Positions 42,474-52,341 are shown, counted from the stretch's first letter. The stretch is DNA of 64,000 bases from Oscillospiraceae bacterium (GCA_012729855.1 JAAYCI010000097.1:12101-76100); one strand, 5' to 3'. Notes: generated from the letters alone by a model not told the origin. A program made the numbers and translations.

Positions 42474-44015
42474 ATGGATGATGAAATGGGATTTTTTTCG
42501 ATACTGGCGGTACCTTTGGGTTATGTGCTACGCTTTCTTTACAGTTTTTTGAACAATTATGGTTGGGCGATCATACTGTTCACCTTCCTGGTGCGGCTTA
42601 TTATGTTTCCGCTGGCGCTGAAGCAGCAGAAAAGCACCGCCCGTAACGCGGCCTTCCAGCCCCTGATTAAAGAAATTCAGCAAAAATGGGCCAACGACCG
42701 CAACCGGCAAAATCAGGAGATCCAGAAGTTCCAGCAAGAGAACAACATGAAGATGAGCGCCGGCTGCCTGCCCGCCATTGTGAACATGGTGGTGCTGTTC
42801 GGCGTTATCGCGCTTATTCAGGCGCCGCTTACCTACATTGTGCAGTTGCCCCCCACCGAGGTGGACGCCGGCATGGTGATTGTGGAGCAGCTGAAACCCG
42901 AGCTGGAGATTCGCGCCAATGCCTACACCTCGGAATCGGTTTTGATTGGCCAGATAAAAGCCGACCCGGACCTGTTTGTGGAGGGCGTGACGGTGACCGC
43001 CGAGGACGGCACCACCTCGACGCTGAACATGGGCCAGGACAGTGTGGACGCGGTGCTGGACTTCCAGTTCCAGTTCCTGGGCATGGACCTTTCCATGGCG
43101 CCCGACTTTTCCAACTGGTTTACGCTCATCATGCCCATACTATCGGTAATAACCAGCTTGGCCTCACAGATGCTGATTATGCTGACCAGCGGGCAAACGG
43201 GCAGCAAGATGCAAAGCATTTTGATGACGGTGGTCTTCACGGCGATGTTTGGTTTCTTCGCCTTCCGCGTGCCGTCCGGTTTCTCGCTGTACTATACGGC
43301 CTCCAGCGTGGTAATGACCATACAGCAATTGATTGTGCGCAAGATACACGACCCGAAAAAGATTGCCGAAGAGGTTAAAGCCGAGATTGAAGAACGCAAA
43401 AAGAATAAAAAAGCCAAAAAGCAGGTTATCATAAAGGACGAGACGGGCCAGACCATTACCAAGGATATGACCGAGGCGGAGATCAACAAAATTCGCCTGG
43501 AACAAGCCCGCGCGATGGATGCCCAGCGTTACGCCGACGAAGAACCCACGGACGACGCGGCGCGCGAGGCCACCGAGCTGGCCCGTGCCCTGGACGAGGA
43601 GCGCTACGGGCCCGGCCGCTCTACCCGGCGCAAGGCCATTGAAGCGGCCAAGCCCCAGCAGGAAGCGGCGGCCGAAGCACCGGTGGCAGAGCCTGCACCG
43701 CCCAAGCCGAAAAAGAAGAAGCCCAAGCAGACGATGGAAGATGAATTCCTGGAAGATGTAATTGCCACCATGGAAGAAGCGCCCGGTTTTGGCGGCGAAG
43801 AGGCGCCGGACGATGCGGACTATGGGGAGGACACAGCTGACAAGACCGGTGATGATGCCGCGCCCAAAACCTCGAAGCCGGGCCGGCGCCGCCGCGCCCG
43901 CTTGAACAAGGAAGGGCAGGAAGGCTCTTTTGTGCAAAGCGAGATGGCGCAGGAAAAGCAGCAGGCTGAAGAAACTGCTGAAGCACCGGTGAAGAAGGAG
44001 GATGACAATGCGTGA
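42474..44015 (+). CDS. yidC: YidC/Oxa1 family membrane insertase with a charged C-terminal tail of about 220 aa
   Basis: NYGWAIILFTFLVRLIMFPL and the later GCLP and FRVPSGFSLYY motifs. The start is uncertain (ATG 42474 or 42486; the track ORF starts at 42387). Confidence 0.9.
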   Translation: MDDEMGFFSILAVPLGYVLRFLYSFLNNYGWAIILFTFLVRLIMFPLALKQQKSTARNAAFQPLIKEIQQKWANDRNRQNQEIQKFQQENNMKMSAGCLPAIVNMVVLFGVIALIQAPLTYIVQLPPTEVDAGMVIVEQLKPELEIRANAYTSESVLIGQIKADPDLFVEGVTVTAEDGTTSTLNMGQDSVDAVLDFQFQFLGMDLSMAPDFSNWFTLIMPILSVITSLASQMLIMLTSGQTGSKMQSILMTVVFTAMFGFFAFRVPSGFSLYYTASSVVMTIQQLIVRKIHDPKKIAEEVKAEIEERKKNKKAKKQVIIKDETGQTITKDMTEAEINKIRLEQARAMDAQRYADEEPTDDAAREATELARALDEERYGPGRSTRRKAIEAAKPQQEAAAEAPVAEPAPPKPKKKKPKQTMEDEFLEDVIATMEEAPGFGGEEAPDDADYGEDTADKTGDDAAPKTSKPGRRRRARLNKEGQEGSFVQSEMAQEKQQAEETAEAPVKKEDDNA

Positions 44016-45198
44016 AGTGATTGCAACAGGGAAAACCGTGGAGGAAGCCACCGAGGCCGGCTGTTTGCAACTGGGGCTGAGCCGTAGCGAAGTGAGTGTT
44101 GAGATACTGGAAATGCCGGTAAAGAAGCTGTTTAAAACCACGCCGGCAAAGGTGCGGGTAACCGCCGAAGAGGCAGAGAGCGAATCCGCTGCGGCGCCTG
44201 CGCCCGCCCCGGCCGCCGAAGCGCCCCGCGTAGAAAAGCCGGCCGAAGCCAAACCCGCCGAAGCGCCCAAAGTGGCCGAAGCGCCCAAAGTGGTCGCTGA
44301 ACAAAAACCGGCGGCGCCCGCCTCAAAACCGGAACGCGGCAAGCCCATTTTGCCCAGCGAACCGGAGACCGTTATCGATCTGGCAACCCACCCGCGTGAA
44401 AAGCAAGCCGCCGACTACCTGGCCAGCATCTTCACAGCCATGGGCACCGGCGAGGTGGACATCACCGTGATTCGCCAGGGCGAGGCCACCCTGCTGCGCG
44501 TGGAGGGCGCGCAGGTGTCCAACAAGATAGAGATTCGCGGCGAGACCATCCAGGCGCTGAGCTATTTAATTGACCGGTCGGTGAATACCGGCGTAGACAA
44601 GAAGGATCCCGAATACCTGCGTATCCGCCTGGACGTGGCCGGCTACCGCAGCCGCCGGGAAAGCGAGCTGATCGACCTGGCCATGCGCACCGGCAACGAG
44701 GTGGCGCGCACCGCCCGCAGCCGCACCCTAGCGCCGATGAACCCGTATGAGCGGTTGATTGTGCATACGACAATCAGCTCGATTGAAGGCATTACGAGTG
44801 AATCGATTGGCACCGACACCGAACGCCGGGTGGTGGTGAAGTCGCTGGCAGACAACGCCACCGATGGCGGCGACTGGCGCCCGCCCCGCAAAGGCGGAGA
44901 CCGTGGCGGCCGTGGCGGGAACAACCGTGGCGGCGGCGGTGGCCGTGGTGGCAATGACCGCGGCGGCCGCAGTGGCGGTGGCGGCCGCGGGCGTGACGAT
45001 AACCGTGGCGGCGGCGGCCGTGCTGGTGGGCGTGGTGGCTATAGCGGCGGCAGCCGTGGAGACCGTCCGAGTTCCACCCCACAGCGCGAGTATGCCGACA
45101 AAACGCGTGATCCGAACGCCGCACCCGTGGTGCCCGAACGCCGGGAGGCCATCCGCGATGGCGATGACCTGCCGCTGTATGGGAAAATTGAGTTGTAG
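44008..45198 (+). CDS. jag: Jag/KhpB RNA-binding protein (Jag_N, KH, R3H) with an RGG-rich tail
   Basis: N-terminus REVIATGKTVEEA, an R3H-like YERLIVH, and synteny after yidC. AGGAGG lies 6 nt before ATG 44008. Confidence 0.88.
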   Translation: MREVIATGKTVEEATEAGCLQLGLSRSEVSVEILEMPVKKLFKTTPAKVRVTAEEAESESAAAPAPAPAAEAPRVEKPAEAKPAEAPKVAEAPKVVAEQKPAAPASKPERGKPILPSEPETVIDLATHPREKQAADYLASIFTAMGTGEVDITVIRQGEATLLRVEGAQVSNKIEIRGETIQALSYLIDRSVNTGVDKKDPEYLRIRLDVAGYRSRRESELIDLAMRTGNEVARTARSRTLAPMNPYERLIVHTTISSIEGITSESIGTDTERRVVVKSLADNATDGGDWRPPRKGGDRGGRGGNNRGGGGGRGGNDRGGRSGGGGRGRDDNRGGGGRAGGRGGYSGGSRGDRPSSTPQREYADKTRDPNAAPVVPERREAIRDGDDLPLYGKIEL

Positions 45199-45276
45199 AA
45201 AAGCGCAAGAGCAAGCGCACAGTGCTTGCCCTGTATAAACCGGCTGTGGACATGCCGCCGGCCGACAGGTGATAAG

Positions 45277-45307
45277 AAGGCGGCAGGCAACTGCCGCCTT
45301 TCTGTTT
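45277..45307 (+). terminator. Rho-independent terminator after jag
   Basis: AAGGCGGCAG-GCAA-CTGCCGCCTT followed by TCTGTTT. Confidence 0.8.
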
Positions 45308-45527
45308 GCAGCCTATGGTGCAGCGCGACAGGCAAGGAATGAAAAACTGGGCATAAGTTGAAAAATGATGCTGTTTTCCAAAATCAGTTGATGGTTCTTA
45401 TAAGGGCAGAACCCCAGTGGTTACACCCAAGATGCCTGGCAGAGAACGGGGCGTTTTGTGCTTAAATTTCCATAAAAGCAGTGTAAAAACGGATGCCCGA
45501 TAAATAATAGATTTAATGGTGATAATA

Positions 45528-46901
45528 ATGCCGCAAAATACAACAATCGCTGCCATAGCAACACCGCCCGGCCAGGGGGGCATTGCGGTGGTGCGTTTGT
45601 CTGGGCCTGAAAGTTATGATGTAGCATCGCAGGTATTTGTGCCAAAAAATACACAGAAAAATGTGAAGGATAATCCCGCACAAATGGCTTTGTATGGGCA
45701 TTTTATCCACCGGGGCAAAGTGATAGATGACGGCATGATGCTGGGCTTCCGCGCGCCGGCCAGCTACACCGGCGAGGATGTGGTGGAATTTTCCTGCCAT
45801 GGCAGCGAGGTGGTGAGCGGAATGCTGCTTTCCGCCTGTATTGAGTGCGGCGCGGCGCCGGCCGGGCCTGGAGAGTTTACCCGCCGGGCTTTTTTGAATG
45901 GCCGCATCAGCCTTACCCAGGCGGAGGCGGTGATGGATTTGGTGGCGTCGTCGTCACGGCAGGCAGCTGCGGCGGCCGAGAGCGCGCTGGAGGGCGCACT
46001 TTATAGGAAAATTCAAGAAATAGAGGAAAGCTTAGTGACGCTGGCCGGGCATTTGGCGGCCTGTGTGGATTTTCCCGAAGAGGATGTTGAGGAGCTGACA
46101 GCGCAGGAATTTGCGCGGGTATCCCGGCAGGCACGGGCGGAGCTGGCGGCGCTGGTGGAAAACTATGACCGTGGCATGGTGATAAAACGCGGGGTACGGG
46201 CGGCCATTGTGGGCAGCCCGAATGTGGGAAAATCGACGTTGTTCAATGTGATGTCTGGTTTCGAGCGCGCCATTGTCACCCCGGTGGCTGGCACCACCCG
46301 GGATGTGGTGCGCGAACAGATTCAGGTAGGGGGCATCCAGCTGTTATTGTCGGACACGGCGGGCTTGCACCAAACAGAAGATGTGGTGGAGGCGGAGGGC
46401 ATCCGGCGCAGCGAGGCCGAAATGGAACAGGCCGCGCTGCTGATAGCGGTATACGATGGCTCGCAGCCGCTGGATGTTGCGGGACGTGCCTTGGCGGAAA
46501 GTTGTGCCGGGAAACCGGCGGTGGCAGTCATCAATAAAAGTGACTTGGGTACGATGATAGATGTGGCAGAATTGCTGCCGTGGTTTGCAGAGGCGGTGGT
46601 GGTGAGCGCCAACGAACGGGACACGGCTGAGACGATAGAACAGGCGATATTGCGCTTGCTAAAACTGAACGACATGGACACAGACGCAGCCATGCTGGCC
46701 AACCAGCGACAGCTGCGCGCTGCGGAGGCAGCGTTGATGGCGCTGGATGATGCTGATGCAGCGTTGATGGCCGGTTATACGCTGGATGCTGCCGGCGTTT
46801 GCCTGGAGGATGCGCTGAGTGCGTTAAAAGAACTGAGTGGGGAAAATGTGGCGGAAGCTGTGATTGATGAAGTGTTTTCAGCTTTTTGCGTAGGAAAATG
46901 A
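45528..46901 (+). CDS. mnmE: tRNA modification GTPase MnmE
   Basis: TIAAIATPPGQGGIAVVRLSG, G-domain GSPNVGKSTL and the C-terminal CVGK. An alternative ATG lies at 45516. Confidence 0.95.
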   Translation: MPQNTTIAAIATPPGQGGIAVVRLSGPESYDVASQVFVPKNTQKNVKDNPAQMALYGHFIHRGKVIDDGMMLGFRAPASYTGEDVVEFSCHGSEVVSGMLLSACIECGAAPAGPGEFTRRAFLNGRISLTQAEAVMDLVASSSRQAAAAAESALEGALYRKIQEIEESLVTLAGHLAACVDFPEEDVEELTAQEFARVSRQARAELAALVENYDRGMVIKRGVRAAIVGSPNVGKSTLFNVMSGFERAIVTPVAGTTRDVVREQIQVGGIQLLLSDTAGLHQTEDVVEAEGIRRSEAEMEQAALLIAVYDGSQPLDVAGRALAESCAGKPAVAVINKSDLGTMIDVAELLPWFAEAVVVSANERDTAETIEQAILRLLKLNDMDTDAAMLANQRQLRAAEAALMALDDADAALMAGYTLDAAGVCLEDALSALKELSGENVAEAVIDEVFSAFCVGK

Positions 46902-47163
46902 AAAAAGTATAATTATATGCAATATTGTGAATATGTTGAAAAAATCAAGGCGCATTCAGAAACAGTAAATACTTATTAGTAAAATGCAGTTATGGTAAAG
47001 TGGGAAGGCTTTATTGGCTGAGAAATGGCCGCAGGCAGCATATTTTTGACGGCTTGGTATATTTTACTTTAATAAAGCCATAAAATAATACATAATTGCT
47101 GAATAGTGGTAAAATAAGTAATAATATGTTTAAAATTGACGGATTAATTAAGGATGGATACCC

Positions 47164-49047
47164 GTGGCAGTGATTGGAAACTACGATGTGGCGGTAATTG
47201 GGGGCGGACATGCGGGCATTGAAGCGGCTGTGGCCGCGGCGCGCCTGGGTGTGCGCACGGTGCTGTTTACCCTAAGCCTGGACGCTATTGGGAATTTGCC
47301 ATGTAACCCCAGTATCGGGGGAACGGCAAAGGGCCATTTGGTGCGTGAAATAGATGCATTGGGCGGCTGTATGGGTATAGCCGCCGACCGAACCATGCTT
47401 CAAAGCCGTATGTTGAACACGGCTAAAGGCCCGGCGGTGCATAGCTTGCGGGTGCAAACCGACCGTTCGCAGTATCATTTGTATACAAAGCAGTTGCTGG
47501 AGCATACGGAAGGGTTGGATATCAAGCAGGCAGAAATTATAGGAATAAATGCTGTTAATGGGCGGGTAAATACGGTTAGGACAAAACTGGGCGCCGAGTA
47601 TGAAGTGAAAGCTGTGATAGTTGCCACAGGCACTTACCTTGGCGGGCGCATTTTTGTGGGGGAAGCGAACTATGCTTCCGGGCCGGATGGAACATCGGCA
47701 GCAACAGAATTGTCGGAATCACTTAGGCAGCTGGGCCTTGGCTTGCGGCGCTTTAAAACGGGAACACCAGCGCGTGTGCACAGGCGCTCCATTGATTTTG
47801 CGCGGCTGCAAAGGCAGCTGGGGGATACTGAAATTATTCCGTTCAGCTTTATGACAACGGAAAAACTGGAAAACAGGGTGGAGTGTCATGTGGCATATAC
47901 CAACCTGCGTACCCATCGGGTGATAATGGATAACCTGCATCGGTCGCCGCTGTATGCCGGCAAGATTGAAGGGATTGGCCCGCGTTATTGCCCCAGCATC
48001 GAGGATAAAGTGGTACGTTTTTCTGATAAAGACCGCCACCAGATTTTTGTGGAGCCATGCGGCATGGCCACCGATGAATACTACCTGCAGGGGATGTCGT
48101 CGTCGCTTCCGGAAGATGTGCAGGTGGAAATGTATCGCACAATAGTCGGGCTGGAAAAACTGGAAATTATGCGGCCGGCCTATGCCATTGAGTATGATTG
48201 TGTGGATCCGCTGGAGCTGGGCGCCAGCCTGGAGCACATGGCTGTAGGCGGGCTATATGGCGCGGGGCAGTTTAATGGGACATCAGGTTATGAGGAGGCG
48301 GCGGCGCAGGGCTTGGTGGCGGGTATCAATGCAGCGCGCAAAGTGCAGGGCAAGGCACCGCGGATTTTTGCGCGACAAGAAAGCTACATTGGAACGATGA
48401 TAGATGACTTGGTGACTAAAGGTGTAAGCGACCCGTATCGCATGATGACCAGCCGCAGCGAATATCGGCTTTATTTGCGGCAGGATAACGCGGATACCCG
48501 GCTGACACCACTGGGCCGGGAGATTGGCCTGGTGGATGATACACGCTGGGAACGGTATTGTGCGAAAGATAAAGCGATGATAGCGGAACTGGAGCGCTTG
48601 GGGAAAACGCGTATTAAGCCCGAGGCAGCCAGCGCGATACTGGAGCATAAAGGGTTGCCACCGCTTGCAAATGACATATTGGCGATAGAATTGTTGAAAA
48701 GGCCACAGATATGCTACAGTGATGTGGCGGAGATGATTGGGCAAAATGATGCCATAGACAGTGTGCTGATGGCGCGCATTGAGACGGAAATAAAATATGA
48801 TGGCTATATCAAACGCCAAATGAAGCAGATTGAGACTATGAAAAAGCAGGATAAAACACTGATTCCTAAAGAATTTGAGTATCATAGCCTTAGCGGTTTG
48901 CGGCTTGAGGCACGTGAAAAATTGGCTAAAATCAGGCCGCTTTCGGTGGGGCAGGCTTCCAGGATTCCGGGTGTTTCGCCCAGCGATATAGCACAATTGG
49001 CTCTTGCGCTGGCTGTTTTCAGGCAAAAATCGGGAAAATCCGAATAA
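47164..49047 (+). CDS. mnmG: tRNA uridine 5-carboxymethylaminomethyl modification enzyme MnmG
   Basis: [19 protein letters not shown] motif, [11 protein letters not shown], and a length of 627 aa. GTG start. Confidence 0.96.
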   Translation: MAVIGNYDVAVIGGGHAGIEAAVAAARLGVRTVLFTLSLDAIGNLPCNPSIGGTAKGHLVREIDALGGCMGIAADRTMLQSRMLNTAKGPAVHSLRVQTDRSQYHLYTKQLLEHTEGLDIKQAEIIGINAVNGRVNTVRTKLGAEYEVKAVIVATGTYLGGRIFVGEANYASGPDGTSAATELSESLRQLGLGLRRFKTGTPARVHRRSIDFARLQRQLGDTEIIPFSFMTTEKLENRVECHVAYTNLRTHRVIMDNLHRSPLYAGKIEGIGPRYCPSIEDKVVRFSDKDRHQIFVEPCGMATDEYYLQGMSSSLPEDVQVEMYRTIVGLEKLEIMRPAYAIEYDCVDPLELGASLEHMAVGGLYGAGQFNGTSGYEEAAAQGLVAGINAARKVQGKAPRIFARQESYIGTMIDDLVTKGVSDPYRMMTSRSEYRLYLRQDNADTRLTPLGREIGLVDDTRWERYCAKDKAMIAELERLGKTRIKPEAASAILEHKGLPPLANDILAIELLKRPQICYSDVAEMIGQNDAIDSVLMARIETEIKYDGYIKRQMKQIETMKKQDKTLIPKEFEYHSLSGLRLEAREKLAKIRPLSVGQASRIPGVSPSDIAQLALALAVFRQKSGKSE

Positions 49048-49329
49048 ACCGCTTTTAAATGGTTGAAAAGAATTCGTGATAAATAACGCAAAAACGATAA
49101 AAAATTTCCACTGTTAATATCATAGAAATCATGTTGAATATCATCTCTTGTTTAGGAAATATTCATATTATTTGCTTTGGGATAGAGGAAGGCCTTGCGC
49201 GCACCAGTATAGGCCGCGGAGAAGAGGCGGAAAACCAATGAAAAAGGGTGTATGCAAGCAAGCGGCAATGCGGCACTCATAGTGAATCATAGTTTTGGGG
49301 GTGTAAATGTGGAAAGCCGAGGAGGGCGC

Positions 49330-50028
49330 ATGATAGATAAAAAGCGCCTGCAGGAAAAAGCCATAGCCGATGGCATTATTCTGGATTCTGATCAGCTGGA
49401 TGCATTGGCGTGCTATGCCCATATGCTGCTGGAATGGAACCAGAAAATGAACCTAACAGCCATTACGGAGCCAGAGGACATAGAAAATAAGCATTTTTTG
49501 GATGCTTTGCATTTTGCGGCCCAGGCAGAGGTAGCGGGTAATCTGGTGGACGTAGGCACAGGTGCGGGTTTTCCAGGTATTGTGGCCAAGATATACAAGC
49601 CGGAAATAGCGTTGACGCTGATGGAACCCACCGGGAAGAGATTGCAATTCCTCCAGCATGTATGTGGGCGGCTGGGCCTGGAGGCCACATTTCTGAAAGA
49701 ACGCGCGGAAGAAGCCGGCAGAAAGAGGTGGCGCGCGCAATATGATGTATCTACAGCCAGAGCTGTGGCTCCTATGCCTGTTTTGTGTGAATACTGTCTT
49801 CCGTTGGTAAAGCTGAGCGGATACTTTGTTGCTATGAAAGCGGATGTGACGAATGAGTTGGATACCGCAGAAAACGCAATAAGAAAGTTGGGCGGAGCTG
49901 CGCCGGAGCTGCGGCGCTATGCGCTGCCGGATGGCTCCGCGCGGGTGCTGGTGATGATAAGAAAAGTTGAGGACACGCCGGCACAATACCCGCGCAACGG
50001 GGGAACCATAGCAAAAAGGCCGCTTTAA
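49330..50028 (+). CDS. rsmG: 16S rRNA (guanine527-N7)-methyltransferase RsmG
   Basis: WNQKMNLTAI, the DVGTGAGFPGI SAM motif, and synteny. The ATG follows GAGGAGGG. Confidence 0.92.
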   Translation: MIDKKRLQEKAIADGIILDSDQLDALACYAHMLLEWNQKMNLTAITEPEDIENKHFLDALHFAAQAEVAGNLVDVGTGAGFPGIVAKIYKPEIALTLMEPTGKRLQFLQHVCGRLGLEATFLKERAEEAGRKRWRAQYDVSTARAVAPMPVLCEYCLPLVKLSGYFVAMKADVTNELDTAENAIRKLGGAAPELRRYALPDGSARVLVMIRKVEDTPAQYPRNGGTIAKRPL

Positions 50029-50077
50029 AGTCAGATGGACAGCGCACAGATTGTCAGAGAGACATCTGCTAACACAT

Positions 50078-50093
50078 TGTTCCACGTGGAACA
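50078..50093. other. parS centromere-like site 1
   Basis: TGTTCCACGTGGAACA is a perfect 16-bp palindrome, one position away from the B. subtilis parS TGTTCCACGTGAAACA. Confidence 0.85.
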
Positions 50094-50351
50094 AAAAAGG
50101 CGAAGAATGCTTTCATAAGGATATGAATTCATATAGATGTATGCACTGTGTTTCATAGAAATGCCGAGCATTAGAGCTGCGAAAGCCTGTACAGGAAGAG
50201 CAATGGTTCAAAAATGGAAAAAATGACCATGCTCACTGATGTTAAAAGATATCAACGCGCCAATGGTTTGATTATAATCAATAATACGCGTAGGGTGGTT
50301 TAAAAAGGTAATTGCCCGAAAAACATTAAACAAAGATTGAACAATGCTGAT

Positions 50352-50367
50352 TGTTCCACGTGGAACA
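50352..50367. other. parS centromere-like site 2
   Basis: The identical TGTTCCACGTGGAACA lies 274 bp from site 1, upstream of soj-spo0J. Confidence 0.85.
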
Positions 50368-50417
50368 AAAGGGATTGTTTTCTTTATTTGATGCTTTTTT
50401 TCAAAAATAGAGTGTGC

Positions 50418-50589
50418 TATACTAGAACCACTTCACGGCCAGTATGGCTTTGAAGTGGCACATAAGCACGGGCGCCAATTTCCCGAAGGGCGGCAGGCTT
50501 GCTGTTCGTGGTAGCAAACACCGGCAAAGGGATGCCGGTGGGCATTGTCAGCGGCCCAAAACCGTGTTTTCAAGGGTATGTGACTATAT
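50418..50589 (+). repeat. Hairpin-rich MITE-like element, copy E (strongly diverged)
   Basis: It shares the TATACTAGAACCACTTCA start, the CCCGAAGGGCGG hairpin, the GTTCGTGGTAGCAAACACC block and the TTTTCAAGGGTATGTGACTATA end. TA dinucleotides flank it. Confidence 0.7.
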
Positions 50590-50665
50590 AAGAACGATAT
50601 ATACAGCAAAGCCAGAAAAGCCGGCCGCAGTGGCCAGGCTAAGAGACCAGAGGGAGGCAGATTTT

Positions 50666-51469
50666 TTGGCAAAAGTGGTTGCGATAGCCAATCAGAAGGG
50701 CGGGGTGGGAAAAACCACCACCACGGTGAACTTGGCGGCAGCGGTGGCCGAGGCGGGTAAACGGGTGCTGCTGGTGGATTTAGACCCGCAGGGCAACGCC
50801 ACCAGCGGTTATGGGCTATCCAAACGGCAGATGGAAAAGAGCGTTTACGATGTGATGATCGGCCAGAATGTGGCCAAAAATGTGGTGCGCAGTACGGAAT
50901 ACCTGGTGGACATCATCCCGTCCAACATACAGCTGTCGGGCGCGGGCATTGAGCTGGTAACCCTGCCCAAGCGGGAAGGCCGCCTGCGGGAGGGCCTGGC
51001 GCCGGTGCTGGAGCAGTACGATTTCGTTTTCATCGACTGCCCGCCCTCGCTGGACCTGCTGACGCTGAACGGCCTGTGCGCCTGCGACACCGTGCTGGTG
51101 CCCATCCAGTGCGAGTACTTTGCGCTGGAGGGCCTCTCGGAGCTGATGAGTACCATCCGCACGGTGAAGAAGATGTATAACCCTTATATAGATATTGAGG
51201 GCGTGCTGCTGACGATGTTCGACGGCCGGCTTAACCTGACCATCCAGGTGGTGGAAGAAGTGAAGAAGTATTACAACGAGAAGGTTTACAAGACCACCAT
51301 CCCGCGCAACGTGCGGCTGTCGGAGGCGCCCAGTTTTGGCGCGCCCATCAGTTATTACGACCCGGTGTCCAAGGGGGCGGCGGCCTACCGCTCGCTGGCG
51401 CAGGAGTTCTTGAAGGTGAATGAAAAAAGTGGGCGCGGCATGGCGCGCGCAGCGGAGGGAGGGGCCTGA
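50666..51469 (+). CDS. soj: ParA/Soj chromosome partitioning ATPase
   Basis: The deviant Walker A KVVAIANQKGGVGKTTT begins immediately after the start. TTG start at 50666, 8 nt after GGGAGG; the track ORF starts at 50444 inside the repeat. Confidence 0.93.
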   Translation: MAKVVAIANQKGGVGKTTTTVNLAAAVAEAGKRVLLVDLDPQGNATSGYGLSKRQMEKSVYDVMIGQNVAKNVVRSTEYLVDIIPSNIQLSGAGIELVTLPKREGRLREGLAPVLEQYDFVFIDCPPSLDLLTLNGLCACDTVLVPIQCEYFALEGLSELMSTIRTVKKMYNPYIDIEGVLLTMFDGRLNLTIQVVEEVKKYYNEKVYKTTIPRNVRLSEAPSFGAPISYYDPVSKGAAAYRSLAQEFLKVNEKSGRGMARAAEGGA

Positions 51470-52341
51470 TGGCGGTGAAGAAGGGCGGCCTGGGCCGCGG
51501 GCTGGAGAGCCTGTTTGCCGACACCGGCGGCGGCGTGGCGGCCGACAGCCCCGACGTGGGGGCGCTGCCGCTGCGGGAGATAGAGCCCGACCGCGACCAG
51601 CCCCGCAAAAGCTTTGACAGCGAAAGCCTGGCCGAGCTGGCCAAAAGTATTGGGGAGCACGGGGTGTTGCAGCCCATTGTGGTGCGGCCGAGCCCCACGG
51701 GTGGGTATAAGATCATAGCCGGGGAGCGGCGCTGGCGGGCCGCCCGGCAGGCTGGCCTGCGGGAGATACCCGCCCTGGTGCGCGAGGTGAGCGACGAGGA
51801 AGCGCTGGAGCTGGCGCTGATAGAGAACCTGCAGCGGGAGGACCTGGACCCGGTGGAAGAGGCGCTGGGCTACCGCAACCTGATGGAGCGCTGCCACCTG
51901 ACGCAGGAGCAGGCCGCCGAGAAGCTGGCCCGCAGCCGCAGCGCGGTGGCCAACAGTCTGCGCCTGCTGGCCCTGCCGGACGACGTGCTGGAGCTGCTGA
52001 AGGGCGGCGCGCTAAGCAGCGGCCACGCCAAGGCCATCCTGTCCATCCCGGACGCCGGCCGGCAGAGCGAAGCGGCTGGCATCATTGTGCGGGACGGGCT
52101 GAACGTGCGCCGGGCCGAGGCCATCTGCAAGAAGATGCAGCAAGCGCCCAAGGCCGCGCGCAAGCCGGCCGCCCGGCCCAGCATTGCCGCCGAGGTGGAG
52201 ATAAGCCTGCGGGAGGTGTTGGGTACCGAGGTGCGGGTGGAATACCAGGAGGGTAAGGGCAGCCTGCGGGTGGGCTTTTACTCCGACGAACAGCTGAGCG
52301 CGTTTGCCAACCTGCTGGGGAAATACCAGAGCGAAGGGTAG
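51469..52341 (+). CDS. spo0J: ParB/Spo0J chromosome partitioning protein
   Basis: GLGRGLESLF, the IVVRP...YKIIAGERRWRAA ParB box and an HTH. The ATG overlaps the soj stop. Confidence 0.95.
   Translation: MAVKKGGLGRGLESLFADTGGGVAADSPDVGALPLREIEPDRDQPRKSFDSESLAELAKSIGEHGVLQPIVVRPSPTGGYKIIAGERRWRAARQAGLREIPALVREVSDEEALELALIENLQREDLDPVEEALGYRNLMERCHLTQEQAAEKLARSRSAVANSLRLLALPDDVLELLKGGALSSGHAKAILSIPDAGRQSEAAGIIVRDGLNVRRAEAICKKMQQAPKAARKPAARPSIAAEVEISLREVLGTEVRVEYQEGKGSLRVGFYSDEQLSAFANLLGKYQSEG

Noticed and set aside
46902-47163. The AT-rich 262-bp mnmE-mnmG spacer as an extra origin element or parS site
   Set aside because: It holds only a single 7-of-9 DnaA-box-like motif (TGTGAATAT), no parS and no trio array. 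It is treated as part of the low-G+C block rather than a separate element.
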